Origin: an uncultured Lachnospiraceae bacterium | GTDB taxonomy: Bacteria; Bacillota; Clostridia; Lachnospirales; Lachnospiraceae | Assembly: GCA_910588825.1 (NCBI GenBank) | Contig: CAJURF010000009.1 | Span: forward strand, 7,553-71,552 | Length of the DNA: 64,000 nucleotides | Direction of reading: 5' to 3' | In this document: piece by piece, positions 63,679 through 64,000 of the stretch | How positions within the stretch are numbered: the stretch's first letter is position 1 | Layout of the letters: the number at the start of each line of letters is the position of its first letter | Notes under the pieces: model-generated | Databases searched by the model: none | What the model was told of the DNA's origin: nothing | The model's input: the letters and a program-made list of their open reading frames with translations, nothing else | Program-made: the position numbers and the translations under genes

Positions 63679-63940
63679 AATAAAGCCTCCTTTCACTTTC
63701 CGTTGCCAATCTTGCGGAGATTAACCGGATATTTTCCCCTCGCTCGGTAAATACAACAAACAATAAATCGCCAACCATACCGATTGCAATATAACGGTCT
63801 TCTTCCATACTATGCTCGAAATCATACATCTCTATGTAATATTCATCACGAAAAACGTATGAAGCCGTTTCAAAGGATATGCCGTGTTTTTGGCGGTTGA
63901 TACGGTCTTTTTCCTCGTCCCATTCAAATTTTAGTTCCAT
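63656..63940 (-). CDS. brnT: BrnT family (DUF497) toxin
   Basis: MELKFEWDEEKDRINRQKHGISFETASYVF matches the DUF497/BrnT N-terminal signature. Confidence 0.7.
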   Translation of the reverse strand: MELKFEWDEEKDRINRQKHGISFETASYVFRDEYYIEMYDFEHSMEEDRYIAIGMVGDLLFVVFTERGENIRLISARLATESERRLYYDQNFYN

Positions 63941-63955
63941 GTGAATTTCCTTCTT

Positions 63956-64000
63956 TTATTTCACTTCTCCGTTTATTTCATCAACAATGGCTTTTGGCTT
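63956..64000 (-). CDS. C-terminal fragment of unknown CDS extending beyond the window
   Basis: Open minus-strand frame ending ...IVDEINGEVK* at 63956, 15 nt upstream of the brnT start. Confidence 0.3.
   Translation of the reverse strand, partial: KPKAIVDEINGEVK

Noticed and set aside
1-64000. Search for CRISPR arrays, tRNA/rRNA genes, IS elements and integrases
   Set aside because: No direct-repeat/spacer arrays were found. No tRNA cloverleaf signatures (GGTTCGAATCC-type T-loops) or rRNA segments were found. No transposase or integrase catalytic motifs were recognised. The only integrase-like element is the SAM-like N-terminal domain of the HNH protein.

Overview
This 64 kb window looks like a chromosomal segment from an anaerobic Firmicute, probably a Lachnospiraceae or other Clostridia gut organism. 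About 60 genes can be supported on both strands. The calls were read directly from the six-frame track and the nucleotide sequence; no searches were run.

Main blocks, left to right:
- **1-5063:** the 3-prime end of a Tad/Flp type IVb pilus locus: a TadC-like C-terminus, a 55-aa Flp pilin missing from the ORF track, three TadE-like pseudopilins, a TadV prepilin peptidase and a membrane FHA protein.
- **5159-8402:** housekeeping genes: rhomboid protease, a sensorless histidine kinase, HIT and murG.
- **About 8840-11750:** an AT-rich islet encoding secreted proteins.
- **12221-53956:** four paralogous hybrid sensor kinase-response regulator proteins (at 12221, 33912, 40232 and 51707). One is followed by an ABC solute-binding protein, and a FIST-MCP chemotaxis pair lies nearby.
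- **15836-20623:** an acyl-CoA thioesterase, htpG with an upstream CIRCE element, and metG with a T-box leader.
- **21274-24024:** an AT-rich islet carrying an HNH endonuclease, followed by a zinc-ribbon membrane protein and an orphan rtcB.
- **25236-29778:** ApbE flavin transferase, a 5-domain FMN-binding exoprotein, a second FMN-binding protein and a NapH-like 4Fe-4S membrane protein. A large BspA-type LRR surface protein follows.
- **43419-48567:** a DNA-repair neighbourhood behind a consensus promoter carrying two LexA-like boxes: radical-SAM TIGR03916, UDG-like TIGR03915, a Crh-like HPr protein and a PD-(D/E)XK nuclease fused to a DinG/XPD helicase.
- **48575-51446:** PadR-DUF1700-DUF4097 triad and an ECF transporter S component.
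- **54299-55516:** CsoR-like repressor and Mrp/ApbC.
- **55664-62197:** a putative TetR-centred regulon marked by a ~95-bp element present twice (56361-56456 and 60286-60379).
- **62245-64000:** Uma2 endonuclease, a ferredoxin-domain protein and a BrnT/BrnA toxin-antitoxin pair.

No rRNA, tRNA, CRISPR array, transposase or integrase was found. The most interesting candidates are the split NosR-like extracytoplasmic flavoprotein module, the duplicated divergent-promoter/operator element, and the LexA-boxed radical-SAM/UDG-like/nuclease-helicase cluster.
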